A stretch of 64,000 bases of DNA from Nitrospirota bacterium (GCA_963740085.1 CAVUCU010000007.1:128001-192000); one strand, 5' to 3'; counted from the stretch's first letter, positions 1 to 9,645 are shown. A program made the numbers and translations. The notes: generated by a model not told the origin, from the sequence alone.

Positions 1-596
1 TGCCATCACCGATCGCTAAGGAAGAAAAGCACCGCTCCCGCATCCGGGACATTGCCCGTTTCCAGCAGAAAAACGGCAGGATGCCCAGTTTTTCAGAGCT
101 CGGCGAGATAACCGGTCTGCGGTCAAAGAACGCGGTATTCAAGCTTGTAGGCAAGCTGGAAAAGCTCAAGGTCGTGGCGCGGGACAAGAAGGGCAGGCTT
201 ATTCCCGGTTCGATCGCCTGCCCTGTCAAGGTGCTGGGAACGGTCGAGGCAGGCTTCCCCTCTCCCGCGGAAGAAGAGCTGGTTGATACCCTTTCCCTTG
301 ATGATTTCCTGATCCAGAACCGGGAGGCAACCTTTTTGCTCAAGGTATCCGGCGATTCCATGTCCGGCGCGGGGATACTTGCGGGTGATATGGTCATCGT
401 GGATAAGGGCCGGACGCCAAAGAGCGGCGATATTGTGATCGCCCAGGTGGACGGTGAGTGGACCATGAAGTACTTACGGAAGCGTGGTGACAACGTGACC
501 CTCGTAGCCGCAAACCCCAAATACCAGCCCATCAAACCGAAGCGTGAACTCAAGATCTCGGGGGTCGTGACAGCCGTGGTGAGAAAATATAAATAG
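1..596 (+). CDS. lexA: LexA-type repressor with UmuD-like S24 autopeptidase domain (start probably at the window edge)
   Basis: The frame is open from position 3 (PSPIAKEEKHRSRIRDIARFQQKNGRMPSFSEL), giving a winged-HTH N-terminus. It has the A-G cleavage site (EAGFPSPA), catalytic Ser (SGDSM) and Lys (TMKY). Confidence 0.8.
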   Translation, partial: PSPIAKEEKHRSRIRDIARFQQKNGRMPSFSELGEITGLRSKNAVFKLVGKLEKLKVVARDKKGRLIPGSIACPVKVLGTVEAGFPSPAEEELVDTLSLDDFLIQNREATFLLKVSGDSMSGAGILAGDMVIVDKGRTPKSGDIVIAQVDGEWTMKYLRKRGDNVTLVAANPKYQPIKPKRELKISGVVTAVVRKYK

Positions 597-617
597 GGCA
601 AGGCAAAAATGAATTAG

Positions 618-835
618 TCTCACACGAAGCCACAAAGCCACGAAGAAAGGCGGAACTCGCAAATGTCCATACAACACAAGGATGGAATGACCGAGATGAA
701 TTTCGGTGAAGGTATGATGAAAGATGGCATATCCCGTATTCTGAACGGACAGGTAACATAGTACGAAAAATCATATCTCACACGAAGCTACAAAGAAAAA
801 AGCTCCCCTTCGTGGCTTTGTGCCTTTGTGTGAGA
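618..835. mobile_element. Miniature element with 28-bp inverted repeats built from 9-bp units, enclosing a GxxExxY gene remnant
   Basis: TCTCACACGAAGCCACAAAGCCACGAAG (618-645) matches the reverse complement of 808-835 at 26/28 positions. A partial extra copy of the left arm lies at about 776-795. Confidence 0.65.
687..761 (+). pseudogene. Internally deleted GxxExxY (PD-(D/E)XK-like) gene remnant, 24 aa
   Basis: Translates to MTEMNFGEGMMKDGISRILNGQVT*. This resembles the N-terminal MTE plus the C-terminal NFGxxxMKDGIxRIxNG tail of GxxExxY proteins (from recall). A purine-rich RBS-like sequence lies upstream. Confidence 0.6.
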
Positions 836-1024
836 ACGATCTGTTTTTTACGAGGATCAAATTCCGTCTTGCGGAAAATTATGAACGATGTTAAGCTGAA
901 TGCGGATCGAAGCCGATGACATGCCGATACGGCTGCAGGCTAAAGCAGCACCTCTGGGAAAGCGCATACAGAGAGATGCTTCTTGTCCGAATAAATAAGT
1001 TAGGCTCTACTAAGGAGGAAATGA

Positions 1025-2104
1025 GTGGGCGTTGAGGAGAAAAACAGGAACGAAATCCTTTCCCGGGTAGTTGCCGCTCTCTTTGTGAAATCGAAGGGAG
1101 GGGAAGAGCTGTCATCCAATATCCATCGTCTCCGCGAGGAAATAAAGAAAGTGATCGAAGGTGAGGATACGATATTCGGAAAATTCCGTGGACTCGTGGA
1201 ATCGTTCCGGGACATCATTCCTGAGGAGAAACAGCGTTATCATGCCGCTATCCAGGCATTGTCGACAACTTCGAAGCTAAGCCAGCAAGAGATCGTTAAG
1301 GCCGTCAACAATCAGTTCGAGGAGCTTAAAATACTCGAGAAGGGTTTAATGCCTGCCCTCCCCGGTTGGCGCGACGAGCTTAAGGTCATGGAAACCAGAT
1401 CGCGGGAGATGCGGGACGAGATATCGAAACTGCGTGAAAAAATAGGGCAGCTTGAGAGCGAAGAAAAAGGGATACTCACTGGCATGGCGGCACGGGAAAA
1501 GGAAATGGCGCTCGTCGAGAAGGCAGTGACCGAACTTTTCACGGATTTGGGAGCGGAGATAACCTCTATCAAAAAAAAGGTTGAGGAATTTACTGCTGAA
1601 AGTGCGGCCTCTCAGCCAATCCCGGCCAAGGATTCTATGAAAAGTGATATTCCCCGCGAGGAAAAGGGAAGCGGCGAGCGGAAAAGCGAGATCCCCGAGT
1701 CTCCAGCACCGCAGGGTGCGGAATGGCAGAAAAAATGCCCTATGTGCGGGGGGCGAATGGACTTCTACAGTCAGGAGGAAATGTGGCAGTGTTATTCCTG
1801 CGCATACGAAGAACTAAAAAAGGATGAAGCTCCGGGTGAAAGCGAAGAGAAAAGTGAGCCTGCGAACGCACCTCAACCCGCTCCGGCTTCGAAGCCGGGT
1901 TCCGGTCCATCTCCGCGCCGTGCCGTCCATATGGGATCCCTGTCTTCCGACGAAAACCAGGAACCAAGAGAGGAATCATCACTGTCCATTAACCAGCCAT
2001 CGTCCAAAAAAAAGACCTGTCCGGTCTGCCGTAAAAAGATGGATTGGCACCAGAAGGAGAAGGCCTGGCGGTGCCCCTTCTGCGACTACGAGAGAAGTAT
2101 CTAA
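1025..2104 (+). CDS. Hypothetical protein: coiled-coil region plus two Zn-ribbon motifs
   Basis: AGGAGG RBS before GTG; heptad-rich middle; CPMC..WQCYSC and CPVC..WRCPFC motifs. Confidence 0.7.
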   Translation: MGVEEKNRNEILSRVVAALFVKSKGGEELSSNIHRLREEIKKVIEGEDTIFGKFRGLVESFRDIIPEEKQRYHAAIQALSTTSKLSQQEIVKAVNNQFEELKILEKGLMPALPGWRDELKVMETRSREMRDEISKLREKIGQLESEEKGILTGMAAREKEMALVEKAVTELFTDLGAEITSIKKKVEEFTAESAASQPIPAKDSMKSDIPREEKGSGERKSEIPESPAPQGAEWQKKCPMCGGRMDFYSQEEMWQCYSCAYEELKKDEAPGESEEKSEPANAPQPAPASKPGSGPSPRRAVHMGSLSSDENQEPREESSLSINQPSSKKKTCPVCRKKMDWHQKEKAWRCPFCDYERSI

Positions 2105-2115
2105 GAGGGCGCATC

Positions 2116-2937
2116 ATGTCTGAAATCTTCGGTTTCGATGCATTCTCCCCTAAAGAAATCGCTGCGCGGGTCCAAACAATCGGCGTGGTCAAGGCTCGCC
2201 TGCCGCTAATTCCCATGCTGATGCTGAGTGTGCTGGCCGGAGCCTTTATCGCCCTGGGTGCGCTCTACTTTGTGATTGTCAAATCTGACCCCTCCTTGGG
2301 CTTTGCCGCCAAACAGGTGCTCGGCGGCGTGACCTTCTCTTTGGGGTTGATTCTCGTGGTCGTCGCAGGTGCGGAGTTATTCACGGGAAATAATCTGCTG
2401 GCGATGGCCTGGGCTGATGGAAAGATTTCCACCCTCGAGCTGCTGCAGAACTGGGCAATTGTTTGCGTCGGCAATTTTATTGGCGCAGCCGGACTTGCGC
2501 TCTTGGTTTTTCTCTCCCATCACCCTGAAATGAACAATGGCGAAATTGCACAAGAGTATCTCAGGATTGCCTCAGCCAAGGTCGCCATGCCGTTCTGGAC
2601 GGCCTTCTTTAAGGGCATCCTCTGTAATGTCCTGGTGTGCATAGCGGTATGGATGGCGCTTGCCGGACGAAGCGTTATCGATAAGGCTGTGGCAATTATA
2701 TTTCCCGTGTCTGCTTTCGTTGCGGCAGGCTTCGAACATAGCGTCGCCAATATGTTCTTTATCCCGCTCGCGATGCTGCTGCAGAACTTCGACAACATAG
2801 GAGTGAACTCCAATACCATTACCTGGGTTGGTTTCTTCGGAAATCTGGTGCCGGTAATACTGGGTAATATTGTCGGCGGCAGCGTTCTGGTTGGATTAGT
2901 GTACCACCTCATCTACCGGCAAAAGCGGCATACATAA
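2116..2937 (+). CDS. Formate/nitrite transporter (FNT family)
   Basis: GAELFTGN, KGILCNVLVC and GFEHSVANMF motifs, about 6 TM helices. Start placed at MSEIFGFDAFSP. Confidence 0.92.
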   Translation: MSEIFGFDAFSPKEIAARVQTIGVVKARLPLIPMLMLSVLAGAFIALGALYFVIVKSDPSLGFAAKQVLGGVTFSLGLILVVVAGAELFTGNNLLAMAWADGKISTLELLQNWAIVCVGNFIGAAGLALLVFLSHHPEMNNGEIAQEYLRIASAKVAMPFWTAFFKGILCNVLVCIAVWMALAGRSVIDKAVAIIFPVSAFVAAGFEHSVANMFFIPLAMLLQNFDNIGVNSNTITWVGFFGNLVPVILGNIVGGSVLVGLVYHLIYRQKRHT

Positions 2938-3078
2938 ACACATAAAATTCCCGACCCGAAGGAACCTATAGGGCCTTTCTCCCTGAGTATACCCTGTTTG
3001 AGTTGCTGGAGGAGGGAATGCAACGAAAAATACCCGGCCCCAAAGACTCCTGCTCGGATTGTTCTAAACTCTGGCGCA

Positions 3079-3735
3079 ATGATGAAAAATAAAGCGGTCA
3101 TCTTTGATCTTGACGGTACACTGCTCGATACGCTTGAAGATATCGCATATGCGGCCAATCGGGTTCTGGCTTCGAGGGGTTTGCCTATCCGTCCGCTGGA
3201 TGTCCACAGGGCCGCAATCGGAAACGGGGCCCGCCAGTTGATGGAACGTGTGTTGCCGGAAGGCAACCGCGATCCGAAGACGATCGAGGAATGTTTCGCG
3301 GCTTTCCGTAAAGAGTACGGAGAACATTGGAACGTCAAAACCAAACCCTATCCCGGCGTACCGGAAACGCTGGATGCCTTACAAGCACGCGGATTGAAGA
3401 TGGCCGTCTTGTCCAACAAGCCGGCTGATTTTACGCGTAAATGTGTATATGGAATTCTATCGAAATGGAAGTTCGATCCTGTGGTTGGTGCAGAGCGTGG
3501 AATTCCGAGCAAACCAGATCCTGCCGGGGCCCTTGATATCGCCAAACGCCTTGGTATTTCGCCGGAAGAATTCGTCTATCTTGGTGACAGCGGAGTTGAC
3601 ATGAAAACGGCAACCGCGGCAGGCATGTTCGCCGTAGGAGCATTGTGGGGGTTTCGAAGTCGTGAAGAGTTACAACAAGAAGGGGCAAAGGTATTGCTGG
3701 AACGTCCTCAGGATATTATAAATTTGTTCGAGTGA
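3079..3735 (+). CDS. HAD-family hydrolase (phosphoglycolate phosphatase-like)
   Basis: FDLDGTLLDT, SNK, KPDP and YLGDSGVD motifs. Confidence 0.9.
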   Translation: MMKNKAVIFDLDGTLLDTLEDIAYAANRVLASRGLPIRPLDVHRAAIGNGARQLMERVLPEGNRDPKTIEECFAAFRKEYGEHWNVKTKPYPGVPETLDALQARGLKMAVLSNKPADFTRKCVYGILSKWKFDPVVGAERGIPSKPDPAGALDIAKRLGISPEEFVYLGDSGVDMKTATAAGMFAVGALWGFRSREELQQEGAKVLLERPQDIINLFE

Positions 3736-3829
3736 GGGTGAAAAGACCACGATCTATTGTACTTTTTTCGCCCTCCGTCTCCGCGTCCCCCCGTCACCGT
3801 GTCGGGTTTATCATCTATCGGAGTTGTTT

Positions 3830-5143
3830 ATGACCGACCAATTCATATCCCTCTCCTCCTGGCCGCAGGCGATCATGCATATCGACGCCGACGCCTTTTT
3901 TGCCTCCTGTGAGCAGGCGATCCATCCGGAACTTAAAGGGAGGCCGGTGATCTGCGGCAAGGAGCGCGGCATTGTCGCCGCCGCGAGCTATGAGGCAAAG
4001 GCCCGGGGAGTCACTCGCGGGGTGCGGCTTTCGGACGTGAAGAAGATCTGTCCCGATGCGGTCATTCTTCCGTCCGATTATGAGACCTACAGTCTCTTTT
4101 CCGTTCGCATGTTCGAGATCCTGCGGCGCTTTTCACCTGATGTCGAGGAGTACTCTATTGATGAGGCCTTTGTCGATCTGACCGGCCTGAGACGAAGCTA
4201 TCATGGCCCGTATGAAGTGATCGCCGAAAAAATGCGAACAGCGATCGAGACAGAGCTGGGGATCACCGTATCGGCCGGGGTAAGCCTTTCCAAGGTCCTG
4301 GCCAAGATCGGATCAAAGCACAATAAACCGAACGGTCTCACCATGATCCCGGGGAGAGATATTCATCGTTATCTGGAGAAACTGCCTGTCGAAAAGGTCT
4401 GGGGCATAGGGGCGAACACGGCGGCATTTCTGAGAAAGCACGGGATCACAACCGCTTTGCAGTTCACAAAAAAGGACGAGGGCTTCATAAAGAAGTTTCT
4501 GTCAAAACCCTACCAGGAGATCTGGCACGAGTTGAACGGCAGGAGCGTGTACCCGGTCACCACGGAGACAAAGAACAGCTACCAGTCGATAAGCAAGGCC
4601 AGGACCTTTACGCCGCCGTCCATGGATGAGGGTTTTGTATTTGCCCAGCTCTCCAAGAACCTGGAAAACGCATGCATCAAGGCAAGGAGGTACCGGCTGG
4701 CGGCCGCGCGGATCATTGTGTTCCTCAGGAAGCAGGATTTTACGAGCAGTGGAGTGGAAATTAAGCTGACCCGGCCTACCGCGTACCCGGTGGAACTGTT
4801 CGGGCTCCTGCGCCAGGGCTTTGAGCAGGTATTCGAATCCCGGGCCTTATACCGTCAGACAGGGGTCGTTCTTTCCGGCCTGGTCGCGGAGGGCGGGATC
4901 CAGTTCAGCCTTTTCGATGATACGACAAAGATAGAGAAGATGGCCAGGATCTACAGCGTCGTTGATGAGATCTCGGCGAAGTACGGAAAGCACACCATTC
5001 AGCACGCAGCGAGCCTGCCGACGAAGCTCCAGGCCCAGCACGAGGGAGAGCGGGGTGATGTCCCGGTAAGAAGAGCGGACCTGTTCAAAGGTGAGACCAG
5101 GCGACAGCGGCTGGGACTGCCCTTACTGCATATGAAGGTGTAA
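3830..5143 (+). CDS. dinB: Y-family DNA polymerase (DinB/Pol IV or UmuC-like)
   Basis: HIDADAFFASCEQ, AASYEAK, YSIDEAF and VWGIG motifs; QFSLF clamp-binding-like motif. Confidence 0.9.
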   Translation: MTDQFISLSSWPQAIMHIDADAFFASCEQAIHPELKGRPVICGKERGIVAAASYEAKARGVTRGVRLSDVKKICPDAVILPSDYETYSLFSVRMFEILRRFSPDVEEYSIDEAFVDLTGLRRSYHGPYEVIAEKMRTAIETELGITVSAGVSLSKVLAKIGSKHNKPNGLTMIPGRDIHRYLEKLPVEKVWGIGANTAAFLRKHGITTALQFTKKDEGFIKKFLSKPYQEIWHELNGRSVYPVTTETKNSYQSISKARTFTPPSMDEGFVFAQLSKNLENACIKARRYRLAAARIIVFLRKQDFTSSGVEIKLTRPTAYPVELFGLLRQGFEQVFESRALYRQTGVVLSGLVAEGGIQFSLFDDTTKIEKMARIYSVVDEISAKYGKHTIQHAASLPTKLQAQHEGERGDVPVRRADLFKGETRRQRLGLPLLHMKV

Positions 5144-5216
5144 CCGCTGCGCACGGCCGGTCCCCGGACATATCTGACACAGAAGCTGACACCCTTCACC
5201 CTGGAAAAGGCACTTG

Positions 5217-5349
5217 GACACGGAAGGGGCGGATTAAGATATGATAAAAGCGGATGAAAATCAAAAGAAGGAATTCAACCGGGGGGTGAAATATAATCCA
5301 AAGAAAAAAATCCGATTCTATCCGGTCCTTATCCGATTTGATCCGTGGC
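5217..5349. repeat. Periodic inverted-repeat element (CGGAT / ATCCG units)
   Basis: Left arm GACACGGAAGGGGCGGAT...AAGCGGAT; right arm ATCCG x4 ending ATCCGTGGC. Lies between convergent genes. Confidence 0.6.
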
Positions 5350-5441
5350 ACCTCTGTTGTCAGGTTCCCCCTCTCCCTGTCAGAGTGAATGCGTGGCTGA
5401 GATGAAAAGGCAAGGATAGATCAGCACAACAACTTCAGGCA

Positions 5442-6833
5442 TTATTTGTCGGGCCGGGTCTTTTTTTTCTTCTTTTTAACGAGGGTCGCTTTTTTTTCCG
5501 CCGGCGCGGCTCGCTTTTTATCCGGTTTAACTGCTCGCGGCGACGATGATGGTACGAACAGGGTCGTCGTGACCGAGGAGCTGACCAACGATGGTACGGG
5601 TACAGGAGAAGTCAAGCTCAACGATGAGCCGGCAGTGTCTTGCAGGAGCAGGGGCGCAGAATGAGTCAATCTAAGCGATGAACCCGGAGCATCCTGCTGG
5701 AGCGTTGTCTCCGGAGAGGTCGGTGTAATTGCCGTAGTTACAAGAGGCTGACTTACCAGGAAATTCGTCATCGATTGCTTTGCAGGAACAACGGTTTGAC
5801 GAGGGAGGGTTTCTTTGGTCGATTTCGCCTGGTAGTGATAGAGCGTGGCTCCGGCAATAAGGAGAAGCACCGCCGAGGCAACGAGGGCACTCCTGAGCCA
5901 TCCTCCACTCGTCGGCCTGCTGTTGATGATCCCGGCTTCCTGCTCCGGCATCGAGTCCAGGATATTCCGCGAGACGAGGTAGTCTGCAATGCGGCGAAGC
6001 GAGGCCGCCTTCGTGGTCCTGCCCGCAAGATATCTTCCCAGTTTTCTCTCGACCTCCAGCATTGAGCCGTAGCGCTGGTGTGGTTTTTTTCTGAGACACT
6101 TCTTGATGAGCCGCTGAAGTCGCCACGGAATTTCTTTGTTGACGCGGCGCGGAGCAAGGAACTTGTCTTTCAAGATCTTAACAGTGACCGAACGGGCATC
6201 CTCATCGCTAAAGGGCTTGACACCGGTAAACATCTCGTACAATACGACGCCGAAGGAAAAGATGTCCGATCGTACATCAAGCTGCTGACCGAGGATCTGC
6301 TCGGGTGACATATAGGCGGGCGTCCCGATGAGCGTGCCGGGCAAGGTCAGGGCCTCAAGGTTCCTGGTATGAGCGATGCCGAAATCCATGAGCTTGACCT
6401 CGCCGTTCCTCTTGATCATTATATTGCTCGGTTTGATGTCGCGGTGGATGAACCCGCGCATATGCGCATAATCCAGGGCATTGCTGACCTGAATGGCGAT
6501 CATGATCCCCACATCGACCGGCAGGGCCCCGATCTTCCCGATCACGTCGGCAAAGTTGGCGCCGTCAACGTATTCCATAACGATGCTGTAGGTCGGTTTG
6601 TTCCAGTAATCGTAGATGTGAACGATATTCTCGTGCTGGAGCGAAGCAGCAACCCTGCTTTCGCGCTCGAACCGCTTGACGATCTGGACATCAGCATGAT
6701 AGGCCTTCTTCAGTTCCTTGATGGCCACCGGCCGGCCAAGGGACTTCTGGACGGCCTTATACACTGTGGCCATGCCCCCGGCGCCGATCTCGCCCACGAC
6801 TTCATATTCATCTTTTATCTGTTGTCTCGGCAT
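5442..6833 (-). CDS. Hanks-type Ser/Thr protein kinase with TM helix and Pro/Ser/Thr-rich tail
   Basis: GAGGMATVY, VAIK, HRDIKPSN, DFG and GTPAYMSPE motifs. Start placed at MPRQQIKDEY because the longer ORF runs into the repeat. Confidence 0.93.
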   Translation of the reverse strand: MPRQQIKDEYEVVGEIGAGGMATVYKAVQKSLGRPVAIKELKKAYHADVQIVKRFERESRVAASLQHENIVHIYDYWNKPTYSIVMEYVDGANFADVIGKIGALPVDVGIMIAIQVSNALDYAHMRGFIHRDIKPSNIMIKRNGEVKLMDFGIAHTRNLEALTLPGTLIGTPAYMSPEQILGQQLDVRSDIFSFGVVLYEMFTGVKPFSDEDARSVTVKILKDKFLAPRRVNKEIPWRLQRLIKKCLRKKPHQRYGSMLEVERKLGRYLAGRTTKAASLRRIADYLVSRNILDSMPEQEAGIINSRPTSGGWLRSALVASAVLLLIAGATLYHYQAKSTKETLPRQTVVPAKQSMTNFLVSQPLVTTAITPTSPETTLQQDAPGSSLRLTHSAPLLLQDTAGSSLSLTSPVPVPSLVSSSVTTTLFVPSSSPRAVKPDKKRAAPAEKKATLVKKKKKKTRPDK

Positions 6834-6845
6834 AACGATATCCTT

Positions 6846-6983
6846 ATCCGGACAAGCCGGAACCAAATATGCCACAAAGACACGAAGGCACAAAGAAATT
6901 CATACAGAGGTTTGTGATTTACCGAGTCCCTAATTCTTCGTGTTCTCTTTGAAGCTTGGAGCCTTCGCGGCTGAATTTTGTTT
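6846..6983 (+). repeat. Dispersed intergenic repeat, copy 1 of 3
   Basis: ATCCGGACAAGCCGGAACCAAATATGCCAC...TAATTCTTCGTGTT...GGCTGAATTTTGTTT, shared with 17972-18162 and 48056-48220. Confidence 0.8.
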
Positions 6984-7011
6984 TATTTTAAGAAGATTGA
7001 TTTGTAACTGT

Positions 7012-7773
7012 CTAAACCTCCGTCACCCAAACCACGACCGCCGTGATATTGTCAATGCCCCCGCCGTCGTTTGCCGCGGCCAGCAGCTTGTGTACAGCGT
7101 CGCGGGGTCCCGTTGTTGACAGGAGACCGATGATCTCTGCATCATCAACCATTCCCGTCAGGCCGTCGGTGCACAGGAGCAGCCGGTCCTCCCGCTGCAG
7201 CGCGAGCGAGGTGATGTCCGCCTTCACCTCTTCATCGATGCCCAGGGCCCGGGTGATCACATGTCGGTAAGGACTCGTCCTCGCCTGCTCGGGCGTAAGT
7301 GCGCCGGCGCGGAGCTGCTCTGCCACGAAAGAATGGTCATTCGTCAGCTGCGTGAGCTTCCCGGACCGGAGGAGATAAGCACGGCTGTCACCGATATGAG
7401 CAATAAACATGCGGCCCTTCCGGAGCAGAAGTGCGGTAAGCGTGGTTGCCATACCTGCGAGCCCCGGATTGTGAGTGTGTACCGCGCGAATAGTACGGTT
7501 CGCGAGGTTGAGCGCATTCGTAAGCGCCATGGTTTCGGGATCTGCTCTGGACGTCACTCCTGCCGGAGGAGTCCTGTCCTTTTCTCCGAGCAGGTCCGGC
7601 ATGGAAGCCGCGAGTGTCTCAACGGCCATGCGGCTCGCGACCTCTCCTCCCTCGTTCCCCCCCACCCCGTCCGCAACAGCATAGAGGCAGAATTCGTCGT
7701 TCAGCAGATACGCGTCTTCGTTATTGGTTCTCTTTTTACCGGTATCGGTCCCGCCGAAGGAGGCTATCTTCAT
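7012..7773 (-). CDS. PP2C-family Ser/Thr phosphatase (Stp1/PrpC-like)
   Basis: RTNNED, VADGVGG, HIGDSRAY, LCTDGL and GGIDNIT motifs. Confidence 0.93.
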   Translation of the reverse strand: MKIASFGGTDTGKKRTNNEDAYLLNDEFCLYAVADGVGGNEGGEVASRMAVETLAASMPDLLGEKDRTPPAGVTSRADPETMALTNALNLANRTIRAVHTHNPGLAGMATTLTALLLRKGRMFIAHIGDSRAYLLRSGKLTQLTNDHSFVAEQLRAGALTPEQARTSPYRHVITRALGIDEEVKADITSLALQREDRLLLCTDGLTGMVDDAEIIGLLSTTGPRDAVHKLLAAANDGGGIDNITAVVVWVTEV

Positions 7774-8187
7774 TTACCCGATCTCGTATGTCCGGCTCTT
7801 ACCAATGTCTTCGAGTATAAACTGGAGAACAGTATCTCCAACGCTGAATTTATCGCCATGGTGCAAGGTGGTCTCTTTGATGAGCGTCCCACTCATCCGC
7901 GTACCGTTCGTACTCTCCATGTCTCTGAGCCGGTAATTTCCTTCACCATACTCGATGGCCGCATGCTGACGCGAGACCTGGGCGTCCTTCAGGGCAATGT
8001 CGGCGCCCGCATCCCTGCCGATCACCGTGTTCTCCTTGGTGATCAGGAATTCCATGCCCTCCCCGTATCCCTTTATGATAACCACGGAGGCTTGAAACCT
8101 TTCTGGTATTTTTTTCAACGGCTGAGATTGCTTCTTTATTTGGGTCTTGTCATTCCCGGATCTCGATCCTGTCATCTTCCCCTCCAA
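7774..8187 (-). CDS. Stand-alone FHA domain protein
   Basis: IGRD, VSRQHA and STNGT motifs; abuts the PP2C start. Confidence 0.9.
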   Translation of the reverse strand: MEGKMTGSRSGNDKTQIKKQSQPLKKIPERFQASVVIIKGYGEGMEFLITKENTVIGRDAGADIALKDAQVSRQHAAIEYGEGNYRLRDMESTNGTRMSGTLIKETTLHHGDKFSVGDTVLQFILEDIGKSRTYEIG

Positions 8188-8295
8188 CGTGACGTCATCA
8201 GCCTTCGAATATGATAGGGCAAACCCGGGAATACGTCAAGACCAAACCCGGTTTTAAGGATTATCATTCCCTTCGCATTGTGATACAATGTCCCC

Positions 8296-9645
8296 ATGAA
8301 AAAGAAGGACCAGGAAAATTCACCATCGCGGCGGACAACGAGCGACCAGACCAGGGCCCTGACCGGCCTGATCCGGAAGCCGCTTGTTCTGAAAAAAGCC
8401 CGCTTCGTGGTGAACCGTGGTCAGGACGAAGGCAAAGAGATGGTGCTCCAGGACCCCCGCGTCACGATCGGAACTCTCCGGGAGAACAATCTCGTGCTTA
8501 CCGACACCACGGTTTCGCGCCAGCACGCCATCGTGGAGGAAACGGCGAAGGGCTACCTGCTCCGCGATCTCGACAGTACCAACGGCACCTTCCTCAACGG
8601 CGTGCGCGTCCGCGAGGGATATCTAGCAGCCGGCTCCCTCATCCGTCTGGGACAGACCGAGCTGACCTTCTCGCCCCTGGAAGAGCATCTCGAGAACCTT
8701 CGCAGCTCAGCGGACCGCTTCGGCGCGCTTATCGGTTCCTCTCCTCCCATGCAGGAGGTCTACGGTATTCTCGAGCGCATCGCACCGACGGACGTCACGG
8801 TCCTTCTGGAAGGCGAGACCGGCACCGGCAAGGAGCTTGCCGCCCGTGCAATCCACGCCAACAGCCGAAGGGCCGACAGCCCTTTTATCGTGTTCGACTG
8901 CGGCGCTGTAGCGCCGAACCTCATCGAGAGCGAACTGTTCGGCCACGAGAAGGGCGCGTTCACCGATGCGGTCAAAGACCGTCAGGGTGCGTTCGAACTC
9001 GCGGACAAAGGCACCATCTTTCTTGACGAGATCGGGGAACTCTCCCTCGACCTCCAGCCGAAGCTCCTCCGCGCGCTGGACCAGCGCCAGACCAAGCGGG
9101 TGGGGGCCGACAAACCGGTCTCGATACACGTCCGGGTCATCTCCGCGACCAACAAGGACCTTGAAGAAGAAGTCAAGGCCGGACGATTCCGCGAGGACCT
9201 CTACTACCGCCTCTCGGTAGTGCGCGTAACCATGCCCCCGCTTCGGAAGAGGAAGGAAGACCTCGAAACCATCGCAGGGCTTTTGCTCGCGGAAATATCC
9301 GCGGAGATCAACAGGAAGATCACGGGCCTTTCTGCCGAGGCCTCTGCGGCGCTTGCCGCATATTCCTGGCCCGGCAATGTGCGCGAGCTCAAGAATGTCC
9401 TTGGGCGGGCCGCGGCGCTCTCCGACAGCGGGCGGATCGAGCCAAAGGACCTGTTCCTCTCCCAGGGGAAGAAGAACGTCACCCTCGAAGGTCTGAGCGG
9501 CAAAACACTGGAAGAGATCGAAAAGGCCGCTATCCATGCCACGCTCAAGTCAGTGAGCAACAATAAGACCGAGGCCGCCAGGGTGCTCGGCATCGCCTAT
9601 TCAACGCTGTACGAAAAGATGAAGAAGTACAGGATGAAGGAATAA
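8296..9645 (+). CDS. Sigma54-dependent enhancer-binding protein with N-terminal FHA domain
   Basis: FHA (VSRQHA, STNGT); Walker [30 protein letters not shown]; Fis-type HTH. Confidence 0.93.
   Translation: MKKKDQENSPSRRTTSDQTRALTGLIRKPLVLKKARFVVNRGQDEGKEMVLQDPRVTIGTLRENNLVLTDTTVSRQHAIVEETAKGYLLRDLDSTNGTFLNGVRVREGYLAAGSLIRLGQTELTFSPLEEHLENLRSSADRFGALIGSSPPMQEVYGILERIAPTDVTVLLEGETGTGKELAARAIHANSRRADSPFIVFDCGAVAPNLIESELFGHEKGAFTDAVKDRQGAFELADKGTIFLDEIGELSLDLQPKLLRALDQRQTKRVGADKPVSIHVRVISATNKDLEEEVKAGRFREDLYYRLSVVRVTMPPLRKRKEDLETIAGLLLAEISAEINRKITGLSAEASAALAAYSWPGNVRELKNVLGRAAALSDSGRIEPKDLFLSQGKKNVTLEGLSGKTLEEIEKAAIHATLKSVSNNKTEAARVLGIAYSTLYEKMKKYRMKE

Noticed and set aside
985-1010. GTTAGGC just before the 1025 gene, resembling an integron attC core
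   Set aside because: No matching inverse core or attC hairpin, no attC after the following genes, and no integrase.
6834-6893. N-terminal extension MCLRVFVAYLVPACPD of kinase 1, and similar extensions at 11083-11139 and 28664-28807
   Set aside because: These are translations of repeat or promoter DNA; downstream starts fit the domain boundaries better.
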